Assembly (NCBI GenBank): GCA_963666285.1
Contig: OY762711.1
DNA length: 64,000 nucleotides
Strand: one strand, 5' to 3'
Source: Sedimentisphaerales bacterium
GTDB lineage: Bacteria > Planctomycetota > Phycisphaerae > Sedimentisphaerales > SM23-30
Of this stretch, positions 31,959-42,491 are shown in pieces. Numbering within the stretch: the first letter of the stretch is position 1; the number at the start of each line of letters is the position of its first letter. Both the position numbers and the translations under genes were made by a program. A model generated the notes under the pieces. That model was not told where the DNA came from and ran no database searches. It was given only the letters and a program-made list of their open reading frames with translations.

Positions 31959-33616
31959 GTTATAGTGAGCAGCTGTTTCAATTTCGCTATATGATAGAGC
32001 AGGTTTTGGATGGTACCTTACCTGATGAGGATATTCAAAGGTTTAATGAGTTGATCATTAACGATGCAAGATTGCGTGAATATTATTGTGAATATATTAA
32101 TATAACTATAGGAATTGAAAGGCAATGTATTAATTTGCCGGTCTCAATACATGCCGGGGGTGGCCAGGCCGGTACTATTTTCAGGGATTTATTAAAACTG
32201 GAACGAGAAGCACCTGCGGTTGAAACTTACGACGAGATTGAAGTTGAAGAGGTCGTGAAATCTAAAAATGCCAGGAAGCGACAAATTCCAGGCAAGTTTT
32301 TTATGATATATAATAAACTGGTTTCGCTGGCAGCTGTTTTGATGATTCTGTTTATACTGTATGCGAATGTTTTTCCGCCGAAATATTCAGTTCCCGTTGG
32401 TGTTGTTGTTGACCAGATGGGGTTAGAATGGGCTAAATCATCAGAGGTATTGAAGGATGATGATGTTTTATTTACCAATCAGGCACCGTATGTAATCAGC
32501 AAAGGATATCTTAAATTAAGATATAATGAAGGTGTGGATGTTCTTATTGAAGGTCCGGCTTCTTTTGAGATTGATAAGTCTCGGCTTTACCTGGAATATG
32601 GGAAACTGTATGCTCATGTTTCAGAGATAGGCAAAGGTTTTACCGTTGAAAGCTCGAAGACTAAATTTGTTGATCTTGGAACAGAGTTTGGGGTTCTGGT
32701 TGATAGCACCGGCTCTTCCGAGCTGCATGTATTAAAAGGTGAGGTGCAGTTTTATGCCGGTTCCAAAGATAATAAGAACAAGACCAGGAAAGTATACCAG
32801 GATAATGCAATACGCTACGATTCTGATGATAGTACAATAGAATCGATACCAATTAATAGAAACAGTTTTGTACGTAATTGTAATTCATCATCAAATTTTG
32901 CCTGGAAAGGCCAGCATATTGACCTGGCTGATATTATAGGAGGGGGCAATGGTTTTGGTACAGGCAAGACAAATTACGGGATAGATTTCTATAGCGGCAA
33001 AGTTAGTTACGTTGAATCTGAAGCAGAGTCATTTCGAGTGTCCGGGTATGTTGCTGCTTCGCACCCTTATATAGATGGTGTGTTTATGCCTGACGGAGGG
33101 GATGGTTCGGTTGAAATAACATCTACCGGCATTAGCTTTGATCGATTTCCTGATACAAATGGAGATTGTTATGTTCCTGTTTGTAATAATCGTGAAATCA
33201 AGAAGGGTTTTGGTGGGAATCCGGAATTGGGATATTTGATAATGAATGGAGAGGATGTGCAAAAACAAATATCACCGCGTATTTGTTTGCATTCAAATGC
33301 CGGTATAACATTTGATTTAGATGCTATCAGGTCATCTTTGTCAGGAGTAGAGATAGAACGTTTTACAGCGGTATTTGGTCTTATAGAGAGTAGTACAGAG
33401 GAGCCTACAGATGTCGATCTGTTTATTCTGGTTGACGGTATAAATGTGTTTTCCCATAAAGGTTATCTCTCAACCGATAACCCGCTTGATATCAAGGTTG
33501 AGTTGGATAGCTCAGACAGGTTTCTTACAATGACTTGCCTGGAAGGCATGCAAAATTTTGGAGACTGGGCTTTCCTGGTTAACCCGATTTTGGAGTTGAA
33601 GTCTGCGGAATATTAA
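31955..33616 (+). CDS. FecR-type anti-sigma with C-terminal NPCBM/NEW2-like carbohydrate-binding domain
   Basis: TM; 'V.IEGPA.F', 'VDLGTEFGV', 'LHV.KGEV'; 'HSNAGITFDL..IR', 'GDW....P.L'. Confidence 0.82.
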   Translation: MSYSEQLFQFRYMIEQVLDGTLPDEDIQRFNELIINDARLREYYCEYINITIGIERQCINLPVSIHAGGGQAGTIFRDLLKLEREAPAVETYDEIEVEEVVKSKNARKRQIPGKFFMIYNKLVSLAAVLMILFILYANVFPPKYSVPVGVVVDQMGLEWAKSSEVLKDDDVLFTNQAPYVISKGYLKLRYNEGVDVLIEGPASFEIDKSRLYLEYGKLYAHVSEIGKGFTVESSKTKFVDLGTEFGVLVDSTGSSELHVLKGEVQFYAGSKDNKNKTRKVYQDNAIRYDSDDSTIESIPINRNSFVRNCNSSSNFAWKGQHIDLADIIGGGNGFGTGKTNYGIDFYSGKVSYVESEAESFRVSGYVAASHPYIDGVFMPDGGDGSVEITSTGISFDRFPDTNGDCYVPVCNNREIKKGFGGNPELGYLIMNGEDVQKQISPRICLHSNAGITFDLDAIRSSLSGVEIERFTAVFGLIESSTEEPTDVDLFILVDGINVFSHKGYLSTDNPLDIKVELDSSDRFLTMTCLEGMQNFGDWAFLVNPILELKSAEY

Positions 33617-33679
33617 AATAACGAATATGGATGTGTATCCTTATCTAAATAATATTATTGTTTTTTGGAGGTAAAGAAG

Positions 33680-34237
33680 ATGAAAAAGCTATTGGTAACT
33701 TTGGTTGTTCTGGTTGTTTCTGGAATAACCCATGCAAATCTAATTCAGAATGGCAGTTATGAAAGTGGTGCAGATTACTGGTATACCGGCGGAGGTACAA
33801 TAGTCGATACTGATGCTGTTGATGGTATTTATTGTGCCCAGTTATATGCAGAAGATACGGGGGATAACCTGGATTGGCGAAGTGCCGGCGTTTCAGTATT
33901 ACCGGGAGAAGAACTAACCTTAATTTTCAGTTACAAAACAACTGATGTGCTTTATGATAATAGTACTCAGGTTCGTTTCAGGTTTTTTAGTGATAGTGGA
34001 TGGATTGGTGAAGCTCAGTCTGATCTTGCTGTGACCAATGGTCAGTGGCAAGAAGCCAGTCTAACTTATACATCTCCGGATGAGGTGAGTTATTTCGATG
34101 TATGGTTTACATTAAATACTTTTGGCGACAGGTCAACAGGAGCAGTTTTGTTTGATTCTGTTGTTGTCACACCTGAACCGGCTACAATGATTTCTTTAGC
34201 CCTTGGCGGCCTGGGAGTGCTTGTCAGACGCAAGTAG
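33680..34237 (+). CDS. PEP-CTERM protein with CBM-like (galactose-binding fold) domain
   Basis: NLIQNGSYE.G; C-terminal TPEPAT-TM-RRK; GGAGG SD. Confidence 0.85.
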   Translation: MKKLLVTLVVLVVSGITHANLIQNGSYESGADYWYTGGGTIVDTDAVDGIYCAQLYAEDTGDNLDWRSAGVSVLPGEELTLIFSYKTTDVLYDNSTQVRFRFFSDSGWIGEAQSDLAVTNGQWQEASLTYTSPDEVSYFDVWFTLNTFGDRSTGAVLFDSVVVTPEPATMISLALGGLGVLVRRK

Positions 34238-34309
34238 ATTAGCGACTTTATTATTTGATTTCTATGTTATATGTTATAGAACTTATTATATAATTTTTTG
34301 GAGAAGTGC

Positions 34310-35563
34310 ATGATGAAAAAAATGGATACAATTTTGTGGCAAATGAGAAAACAGGTTTTAGCCGTAGTTGCTTTTATAGTTTTGGGTTTTTCAAGTGCCG
34401 GTTTTGGGGCATTTAACAATACTGTTAACCTGATAAGCGTAAATCCAGGTTTTGAAGAAGGTGGCCAAGGCTGGTATACCGGTGGTGGTACTATCGATGA
34501 TACCGAAGCCAGTGAAGGAACTCACTCAGCTAAGCAGGAAACAGATGGCAGCAGCAGAGATTGGCGTAGTCAGGGTTACAGTGATATTACCATAGGCCAG
34601 GTGTATCAATTTGCTTTTGATTACAAAACAGCAGAAGGCTCAACAGGCAATCTTCAGTATAGATTCCGTTTCTTTTCAAATGGAGGGGATTTTAAAGGAG
34701 AATCTCAAGGGACGCTCGATCTGACTGATGGTGAATGGGTAAGTGTCACAAGTGAATATACCTGTCCGGATGGTGCAGATTATTTTGACATATTTCTCTC
34801 TGCAAATTTATTCGATACACCGTTTTCTGGATCAGCGTGGTATGACAATGTTGCAGTGCATCCATATGTAGATGATAATTTGGCAATAAATCCTGATCCG
34901 GCTGATGGCGAAATTGATGTTCCGGTTGACACCTCATTAAGCTGGAATAAGCCATCTACTCAACAAGAAGGATATTCTCTGTACCTGGCAGAAGGCGCAG
35001 ACCCTAACTGGACATTGATTACTACCCCAACCTGGACAACTGATGATCCAAATGAAATTTCATTTACACCTCAAGAAGAGCTAAAAGCAGGTGTAACTTA
35101 TTCATGGCGTGTTGATACAAGTATTACCGGCGATGTTTGGTCATTTACTACAATACCGCCAACGGCATATTCGCCAGATCCTGCTGATGGCGAAACTGCT
35201 GTTTCTCCGTTACGTGTTTGCAGTTGGGGAAGTGTGCCGGGTGCTGTTTCGTATGATGTTTACTGGGGTTCTGATGAAGAACTGGTTACGAATGGTGATG
35301 CTTCTGTTTATCAGGGTAATCAGGCTGGTACAACATTTAGCCCGGAAATGGATTTCACTACTGAGTATTTCTGGCGTATTGACAGTATCTTAACAGATAG
35401 TGTAGCAACTGGTAATATTTGGAGTTACACAACTGATCAGCGTATTTGTGATCCTGTGATGGCAGGTGATGTTAATAATGACTGTGTCGTTAATATCGCG
35501 GATTTTGCCATTATGGCTGCTGATTGGCTAAACTGTACTTTGTCAAACGGTATCTGTGATTAA
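34310..35563 (+). CDS. Secreted CBM-like + Fn3-like repeats + dockerin-like protein
   Basis: Same N-terminal domain as its neighbours; two 'P.PADG...L.W...Y.WR.D...G..WSFTT' repeats; GDVNNDCVVNIADF...WL. Confidence 0.8.
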   Translation: MMKKMDTILWQMRKQVLAVVAFIVLGFSSAGFGAFNNTVNLISVNPGFEEGGQGWYTGGGTIDDTEASEGTHSAKQETDGSSRDWRSQGYSDITIGQVYQFAFDYKTAEGSTGNLQYRFRFFSNGGDFKGESQGTLDLTDGEWVSVTSEYTCPDGADYFDIFLSANLFDTPFSGSAWYDNVAVHPYVDDNLAINPDPADGEIDVPVDTSLSWNKPSTQQEGYSLYLAEGADPNWTLITTPTWTTDDPNEISFTPQEELKAGVTYSWRVDTSITGDVWSFTTIPPTAYSPDPADGETAVSPLRVCSWGSVPGAVSYDVYWGSDEELVTNGDASVYQGNQAGTTFSPEMDFTTEYFWRIDSILTDSVATGNIWSYTTDQRICDPVMAGDVNNDCVVNIADFAIMAADWLNCTLSNGICD

Positions 35564-35717
35564 AATATAGATAAAAAAGGCAAAGGTTTAATTATGTGAA
35601 TGATGACCAGGGGAGTATAATGCTTCCCTGGTCTGTTCCATATAATGAGAATTATCCTTGATGACTTCATTAACGTGTCTGATTGATTTGGAAGTCAGTC
35701 TGTTGGAGGGTTGAATT

Positions 35718-38279
35718 TTGAGAGAACGAATGGCTGATATAATTTGTTGCAGGTTAGTCCTGTTGTTTCTATTGATGTTTTTCTGGCAGGGAGAAATTTC
35801 TTCGGCTCATGCAGATTATGATGATAGTGTAAACCTGGTCGAAATCAATCCGGGCTTTGAGTCTGGTAGCCAGGGTTGGTATACCGGGGGTGGTGTTGTT
35901 GACGATAGTGAAGCAAGTGAGGGCGTACGGTCAGGGAAACTGGTTTCGACAGGGATAGGGAATCACCGGGATTGGCGTAGCCAGGGGTATGTGAACATTG
36001 AGTCAGGTAAAAAATACAGGCTGTCATTTGATTATAAGACCAGTAGCGGTGCTATTGGAAACCCTCAAGTTCGTTTTCGATTTTTTAATGTAAGCGGGAT
36101 TTTTTTAGGTGAAATTCAAAAGACTCTGGTATTAACAGAAAATAGCTGGCAGGTAGTTCAGATAGAAGCAACAGCTCCTGAAGATGTGGCAAATTTTGAT
36201 ATATTCTTTTCAGTCAGTACGTTTGGAGATTTTGCTGGTAGCGTGTGGCTGGATGATGTCGCAGTTAATCCATGGGTAGATATGTCTTACGATTATTTCC
36301 CGCCAGATGGCACAGAAGGGTGGTCTGACAAACTGAATCTGGCGTGGAATAGTGCAGATTCGGATTTGATGTATATTGTTTATCTTGGCAAAGATCCGGA
36401 AGAAGTAACCGAGGCGCAACGCACTTTTCTGGCAGGAGATATAGATTATGATGGTCAGGTTGGGATTATGGACATGAATATTTTTGTCCAGCAGTGGCTG
36501 GCAGAGGAAAATTCTACCGGTACATATTCTTCGGATATGAATTCCAGTGGAGATGTTAATTTGCTTGATCTCAACTTCCTGTCCCAAAATTGGGCAGAAG
36601 CGAATGAACAGCCGGCTGCATTTGAGGCTGTCACTTTTACGAACTCTTACAAAGTGGGATTGGAGTTAGGGCAGGAGTATTACTGGCGTGTTGACAGGGT
36701 AACAAATGGTCAGGTGCAGGCCGGTCAGGTTATGAGTTTTTCATGTGCTGATTATCTTGACTTTGGTATTTCAGCTCCGACTCAAATATTTTACCTGGAC
36801 CAGGGGTATTTAAGTACAACGCAGCAAGTTATGGTTCAGTCATTGCAGGGTTTGATTGCACGTGTCAAACCGGCGTTGTTTATTCGCACAAACGGAAACA
36901 GACTTTGGCTGGATGATCTAAACTCACAGTATAAAGTAAGCAAAATAGATATTTCTGCAATAAGTTCGTCAAAGCCGGTAGAATGGACGCTTGGTCATTT
37001 TTCAAGCTATTATAACAGTTATATCTTATGCGATGCTTATAATGATACCGATTCCTTGACCGCTGCTGTTTGTCTGGCAGCTGTGTTACCAGATTCTCTG
37101 GTTGTCGATGTTAATGATCTATCGTTAATGGATAATTTAGGAGTTTCTATGGCTTATGATGCCAGGGGACATGATGAAAAATGGGTATGGGATCAGTTTG
37201 GTGAAAGTTTTGCAAAAGAGGCAATCTTTGTTCAGCGAAACGATATCTCAAGTCATGGAGCGTATTTACGAGATTTGCCTGTTGCTCTTGGTGCTCTGAC
37301 ATGGTGGCATGAAGATTTAGAAGAGACAGAAGATGTTTTTAGCAGTTTTAAGGCAAATATTCCTTGTTTTGGCTGGGATAGCTCCGTAGCTCCAGGTGAA
37401 GATAATGCGATTACATTTCATTCTAACCACAACATGTATACTGTTGTTACGGATTGGATGTTGAATCTTTCACTGTTTGCGGGAACGGCATCAATGACAC
37501 CTGTGGTAGAATTTCAACAGCCTTGCAGTGATAATAAATATGTGCCGGAAGATAATGTGCATTATGTTGCTTTTTGTATGAGTGATATGGATAACGTAAA
37601 TACGATTTTCAGTGCAGATGGCTGGGCCCAGAATTCGCAGCGATTTGGCAGTCAGTATCGTGGGCAGTTTGCAATGGGCTGGGGGATGCCGCCGGTAATG
37701 ATGAAAATAGGTCCTACTGTAATGAAATGGTGGTATGATAATGCAGAGGAAACTGATTGCTTTATTGGGTACTGTTCAGGTCTGGATTATTTTCATCCAT
37801 CTCAGTTTCCAGAGCTGGAACTGCATATGAGTCACTTGGATAAATATCTCGATCAGGCTGATTTAAGTACAATGTGTATTCTGGATAATTATACCGGGCC
37901 GCTAACTAGTGAGGCTTATACTACGGGACAGCTTTATTCTCAGCTGGATAGTCTGCGTGGCATGTTTCTTGGATATGATAGTGGCGGTGGCAAAATAGTC
38001 TGGTTTAACGGTAAGCCTATGGTTACCGGTAGGTATGCACTATGGGCCAATCGTCGGGAGGGGGTATGTGATACAGGTGTTAACCTGGCTGCCAGTATTA
38101 ATGCCTTACCGGCAAATCCTTATAGTGAAGATGGTTATACTTTTGTTATTGTTCATGCCTGGAGTTATGGCTGGGATGAAGTGGCTGAATGTGTCAGTCG
38201 GCTTGATTCTGATGTTAGAGTTGTTACGCCAAATGAATTAATAGAGCAATTATACCTTCATAATGTTTCACAGGAATAG
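35718..38279 (+). CDS. CBM-like + dockerin-like + GxGYxYP-type putative glycoside hydrolase
   Basis: SLQGLIA, NLS, V.F.MSD.DN, F.MGW..PP, SGLDYFHP (GxGYxYP variant), VHAWS and VVTP motifs. Confidence 0.75.
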   Translation: MRERMADIICCRLVLLFLLMFFWQGEISSAHADYDDSVNLVEINPGFESGSQGWYTGGGVVDDSEASEGVRSGKLVSTGIGNHRDWRSQGYVNIESGKKYRLSFDYKTSSGAIGNPQVRFRFFNVSGIFLGEIQKTLVLTENSWQVVQIEATAPEDVANFDIFFSVSTFGDFAGSVWLDDVAVNPWVDMSYDYFPPDGTEGWSDKLNLAWNSADSDLMYIVYLGKDPEEVTEAQRTFLAGDIDYDGQVGIMDMNIFVQQWLAEENSTGTYSSDMNSSGDVNLLDLNFLSQNWAEANEQPAAFEAVTFTNSYKVGLELGQEYYWRVDRVTNGQVQAGQVMSFSCADYLDFGISAPTQIFYLDQGYLSTTQQVMVQSLQGLIARVKPALFIRTNGNRLWLDDLNSQYKVSKIDISAISSSKPVEWTLGHFSSYYNSYILCDAYNDTDSLTAAVCLAAVLPDSLVVDVNDLSLMDNLGVSMAYDARGHDEKWVWDQFGESFAKEAIFVQRNDISSHGAYLRDLPVALGALTWWHEDLEETEDVFSSFKANIPCFGWDSSVAPGEDNAITFHSNHNMYTVVTDWMLNLSLFAGTASMTPVVEFQQPCSDNKYVPEDNVHYVAFCMSDMDNVNTIFSADGWAQNSQRFGSQYRGQFAMGWGMPPVMMKIGPTVMKWWYDNAEETDCFIGYCSGLDYFHPSQFPELELHMSHLDKYLDQADLSTMCILDNYTGPLTSEAYTTGQLYSQLDSLRGMFLGYDSGGGKIVWFNGKPMVTGRYALWANRREGVCDTGVNLAASINALPANPYSEDGYTFVIVHAWSYGWDEVAECVSRLDSDVRVVTPNELIEQLYLHNVSQE

Positions 38280-38458
38280 GATATTCCTGATTTTTTTTTG
38301 CATCTGACGACTGTATATGCTAACGGTTGATGATTATATGGCAATAATATGTCATTATTACCGTAGAGAACTTAAACAGATATGGTTCAGTGGGTTATGC
38401 CATTACAGTTAGTCTGTAAATCAGACCAAACTTAGTTATATGCAGCTGCAAAAAGAAA

Positions 38459-38533
38459 TCGGGCTGACAGGATTTGAACCTGCGACCTTTTGACCCCCAG
38501 TCAAACGCGCTAGCCAAGCTGCGCCACAGCCCG
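38459..38533 (-). tRNA. tRNA-Pro(GGG)
   Basis: CGGGCTG/CAGCCCG acceptor stem, TTTGA-CTGGGGG-TCAAA anticodon arm, GGTTCAAATCC T-arm; no encoded CCA. Confidence 0.96.
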
Positions 38534-38709
38534 TAATATGTCGAAACAGATCAAACAGATTAATGATATATAAGATGAAAGTCAAGAGAATTGTCTGATA
38601 TATAATATCTTACTGATATGTAAGTTATTATATACAAATACTTAAGTTGATGTTTCCCAGTGTGTCAACCAGTTCAGTTTTGTCAGGAATGAAGGATATT
38701 GGAGTTGTG

Positions 38710-39057
38710 CTATCCCTGTGACGTTTCCTGTTCATGAATTGGTGGTACCACATCGATAGGGCTGCCGTCGATCATAAGAGTGAAATCGAGATCAGCGATA
38801 CTGACTACATCGCCGGGAGAAACGGCGGTAGGGTGGTCAATTTTCTTGTGGTTTACGTAAGTGCCGTTTGAGCTGTTGAGGTCTGTAACCACAATATGCC
38901 CATTTTCACAGATAAGTTTACAGTGCTGGCGTGAGACTGCAGATTTAAGAACTCTGATATTACAATCAGGCCTTCGGCCAATAATAGTGCTATCTCCGTT
39001 TAGGTGGATATCTTTTCTCTCCCCATTCTTTTTAAACAATACTAATGTGGTGTCCAT
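38710..39057 (-). CDS. FHA domain protein
   Basis: IGR, VSRQHC and DLNSSNGTYVN motifs. Confidence 0.92.
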   Translation of the reverse strand: MDTTLVLFKKNGERKDIHLNGDSTIIGRRPDCNIRVLKSAVSRQHCKLICENGHIVVTDLNSSNGTYVNHKKIDHPTAVSPGDVVSIADLDFTLMIDGSPIDVVPPIHEQETSQG

Positions 39058-39321
39058 TCAAATACCCCTGTCACAAGAAATAGTGCAAAACGAATTTCAT
39101 ACAAGTAACCAGTGCTCTCCATGAATAGGAGATGAATATCAATAATAGATTACATAGAGATGATAGTATATTTCAAGAATAAAAAGTAAATTTTATCAGA
39201 ATATGAGAGGAAATCGCTTAAGTTTAAAAGTTTAGATTGTTCTAATTGATTATTAGTGATGGATTTATTGAATTTTATAATACAGGTGGAATGGGTGTTG
39301 TTTGTATTGTTAGTTAACATA

Positions 39322-40200
39322 TTATTTAACTATCATACTCAACTTGTCAACAGCCTGGTTCTGAATTTGTCTGATTCTTTCTTTTGATAAACCCAATATT
39401 AGACCTATGTCTTTTAATGTCATTTGATTACCGTGAAAATCTCCGACCGAGAATCTCATTTTTAGCACTTCACGCTCAATATCGGACAGATTACCATTAT
39501 TGCCAAGTATATAATGTCTGACTTGTCGAATAGTCTCAAAAATTCGTTGTTCTCTAATTTGCTGGCAGGTATCATCTTTTTCCAGAGCCGGGTCATAATC
39601 AATATATAAAATGCGGTTATTGCGGAATTGTTTTTTTGCCAGTCTGACAAAGCTTTTACCAATGGCTCTGCATGCGTAAGTGCTGAAATGGAAACCAAGT
39701 CTGTAATCATAACACTCAGTAACTCGCAGAAGTGCCATGGCACCTTCGCTGACGAGTTCGCCGTATTCCAGGTTTTTATACCTGCATTTTTGTGCCATGC
39801 TGAGTACAAGTCCCATATTAGAGGTTGTAATAATGTCTCTGATAGAGGTTTGTTTTCTATCGATGTCAAGCAGTGCTTTTATCCATTTGTAATGAATTTT
39901 ATTGTTAGGCTTTAATATTTTATGCCTGATTTTTTCTAGTAAGTACCTGGTATAATGCAACTTACTGAATAATAATTCATGCTGTCTGTGTGTGGGGGGA
40001 GTTCCAGGAACAAGGTCAAGTTTATGGTCGCAAATATACCTTACCCAATCCGGATCAGAAAAATTAGAGTTATTATGGAATCTTACGCCATTAATGAGCA
40101 ACTTAGAGATACGTTTTTGTTCAACGAGTGAAAATTGAGTTTCGATCATTCGTTGAAGACTTGTGTTTTGCTCGTCCTTGCAGTCCACTTCTTTAATCAT
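39322..40200 (-). CDS. Sigma-70 family sigma factor (RpoD-like regions 2 and 4, no region 1.1)
   Basis: SNMGLVLSMA, GFHFSTYA and TLKDIG..LGLSKERIRQIQ motifs. Confidence 0.88.
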   Translation of the reverse strand: MIKEVDCKDEQNTSLQRMIETQFSLVEQKRISKLLINGVRFHNNSNFSDPDWVRYICDHKLDLVPGTPPTHRQHELLFSKLHYTRYLLEKIRHKILKPNNKIHYKWIKALLDIDRKQTSIRDIITTSNMGLVLSMAQKCRYKNLEYGELVSEGAMALLRVTECYDYRLGFHFSTYACRAIGKSFVRLAKKQFRNNRILYIDYDPALEKDDTCQQIREQRIFETIRQVRHYILGNNGNLSDIEREVLKMRFSVGDFHGNQMTLKDIGLILGLSKERIRQIQNQAVDKLSMIVK

Positions 40201-40516
40201 CGTTATACTCCCTTTAATATGGCGATTGCCGCTAAAACTTGTTGACTAAATTAGAACATAAGTAGTAAAAAAATACAATCGGAGTAAGGTACTTATTGGC
40301 TATAGTCCTATAATCCTTATAATATGTAGGTATTATCCCCTATAAAGTGCATCGAATTTATGGTAAAGTTTTTTTGTAAGTCACTAATATAGCTAAATTT
40401 ATTTTATTGACACATAATCTGGCCTAGGGTATAACTATTCTCGTCTCAGGGCATTTAGGTAATGTTATTTTGGTGTGAAAAACAGATAATAATAAATTCT
40501 TTTCTGGATTATTAAG

Positions 40517-40864
40517 ATGATTATTGTGAATACGGAAACTGTTGTTGGTAAAAAGATTGTCAAGCTTTGCGGTTTGGTTCAGGGTAATACAATTCGTGCG
40601 AAACATGTTGGTCGAGATATAGCAGCCAGCTTCAAGAATATGCTGGGCGGAGAGTTGACAGGGTATACCGAATTGCTTACCGAGGCACGTCGCCAGGCGA
40701 TGGAGCGTATGATAGCACAAGCTAACCAGTTGGGAGCTAATGCCATTGTGAATGTCAGGTTCAGTACAAGTGCCATTACCCAGGGAGCAGCAGAGCTTTA
40801 TGTATATGGAACGGCAGTAATATTGGAAGACGATATACCGGTAGCACAAATGGAGGAAAGCTGA
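40517..40864 (+). CDS. YbjQ (UPF0145) family protein
   Basis: GLVQG..IR..HVGRD...LGGEL.GY...AR..A..RM...A..LGANAI. Confidence 0.9.
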   Translation: MIIVNTETVVGKKIVKLCGLVQGNTIRAKHVGRDIAASFKNMLGGELTGYTELLTEARRQAMERMIAQANQLGANAIVNVRFSTSAITQGAAELYVYGTAVILEDDIPVAQMEES

Positions 40865-40865
40865 G

Positions 40866-41384
40866 TTGATTCTTTTGCAACTTTCATCTGATATCTCTTC
40901 TTCAGGTCCGCTATTTGCGTATTTTGCAGAGATAGTAATTTTTGTTCTGCTTCTTCTGACCGGCTTGATAGCTGGCAGGCACTTTGAAAAGAAGCATTTA
41001 AATAGCCTGAACGAAGCAGAAAGCGAACTGGGCTATTTTTGTATAACAAACGGTCGTAATCCGGTTGGCCCAGTTGACGCAAGCTGCTGTTCGTGTATAG
41101 TTGAAGGGCAGGTAGTGATAGCAAATGATTATCTAAAAAGTTTCCTGTCTCATTTTCGGATGATATTTGGCGGCGAGATGAAGAGCTATGACCGCCTTAT
41201 GATGCGTGCCCGTCGCGAGGCAATAGTGCGTATGATGAGGGATGCCGAAAGAATGGGGTATAATGCTGTTTGTAATATAAGAATGGATTTTTCGAGTATA
41301 GTATCTGGCAGTATGAATAAGGCACCCGCAGTGGAAGTGTTGGTAACGGGAACAGCGTATAAATTACGTGAAGTGAAGAACTAA
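40866..41384 (+). CDS. Membrane-anchored YbjQ-like protein
   Basis: N-terminal TM; V.G.VVIA.DY.K...FGGE..SY...RARREA; VEV...GTA. Confidence 0.85.
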   Translation: MILLQLSSDISSSGPLFAYFAEIVIFVLLLLTGLIAGRHFEKKHLNSLNEAESELGYFCITNGRNPVGPVDASCCSCIVEGQVVIANDYLKSFLSHFRMIFGGEMKSYDRLMMRARREAIVRMMRDAERMGYNAVCNIRMDFSSIVSGSMNKAPAVEVLVTGTAYKLREVKN

Positions 41385-41556
41385 AAGTGAAGAGCTGAGG
41401 AGCCGCTTCGCTCACCTTTATTATAAGCTAACGCAAAAATATTTACTTCATAATTCGTTAATATGATATAACAGTTTGTATCTAAAAATGTTACAATGAT
41501 AAACAATGTTTAATTGGTCACTTTGAGTTATTAAAGACCTTAAATAAATAATAAAT

Positions 41557-42321
41557 ATGGATGATCGTGAACAGTTTGATATAAGAAATGAGCCGGGATA
41601 TACCGGTGAAATATTTCATCCTGAAGAGGCTAATCGACCGGTTGAGCCGGGATATGATTCAGAAATGGAACCTCAGGATCGTCTGCAGGACATAGAGCAC
41701 AGCGTATTTGATGAGCCTGCACTGGCAGATGCCGAAAAGACTGCAACAAAAGAGCTTAGCTATCGATACTGGCTGGCGGAAGGCTGGGAGAAGACGTCAT
41801 ATCTGAAGAGCTGGCTGATTACTATTGGTATTGTTTTGGTAGCTGGTCCGCTGGCGGCTGTAGCATCGCTGATAAGTTCATCTTTTACCCATGGTACCGG
41901 CTGGCAGATAGTTAATCTTGTCACATTTGGTCCGATGATAGAAGAGATCTTCAAGATAGCACTTATATACTACATAGTCGAGAAACGGCCATACCTGTTT
42001 CATAATTTATTCCAGATTTTGATAGCGGCACTGGCCGGTGGTTTGATGTTTGCGGTGATCGAAAATATTTTATACATATATATTTATATCGATTTGCCCA
42101 CCCCAGAGATAATTAAGTGGCGATGGACGGTCTGCACTATGCTGCATGTATCATGTTCGGCGATAGCGTCATTTGGACTTATCCGTATGTGGCTGGATGT
42201 ATTTCAGCAGCAATCGCGTCCAAAGCTGGAGCTGGCGTATCCATTTTTGACCGCGGCAATGATAATTCACGGCAGTTACAATGGTATTGCCCTGATGCTT
42301 GATTGGGTTGGCACATTCTAG
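41557..42321 (+). CDS. PrsW-family intramembrane glutamic protease
   Basis: GP.IEE..K, F..IEN, H and H..YN motifs; acidic N-terminal extension. Confidence 0.85.
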   Translation: MDDREQFDIRNEPGYTGEIFHPEEANRPVEPGYDSEMEPQDRLQDIEHSVFDEPALADAEKTATKELSYRYWLAEGWEKTSYLKSWLITIGIVLVAGPLAAVASLISSSFTHGTGWQIVNLVTFGPMIEEIFKIALIYYIVEKRPYLFHNLFQILIAALAGGLMFAVIENILYIYIYIDLPTPEIIKWRWTVCTMLHVSCSAIASFGLIRMWLDVFQQQSRPKLELAYPFLTAAMIIHGSYNGIALMLDWVGTF

Positions 42322-42406
42322 GGAAAAAACAGGCGTTATGTTGTTAGGGTGGGAAGTTGGATAGGTACGCCGGGAGCGGCGAACAAGCTCGAGGTATTTC
42401 ACGAAC

Positions 42407-42440
42407 AAAAGAGCCCATCCAAATTTCTCTGGATGAGCTC
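42407..42440 (-). terminator. Terminator of the second aroF
   Basis: GAGC.CATCCA/TGGATGAGCTC stem plus A-run. Confidence 0.6.
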
Positions 42441-42491
42441 ATAAATGATTGCTGTGCTATATGTTATAGCAGTGTCTATGGAGGTTTATGG

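Noticed and set aside
38459..38533. tRNA-Pro as an island attachment site
   Set aside because: No duplicated tRNA 3' end and no integrase found in the window
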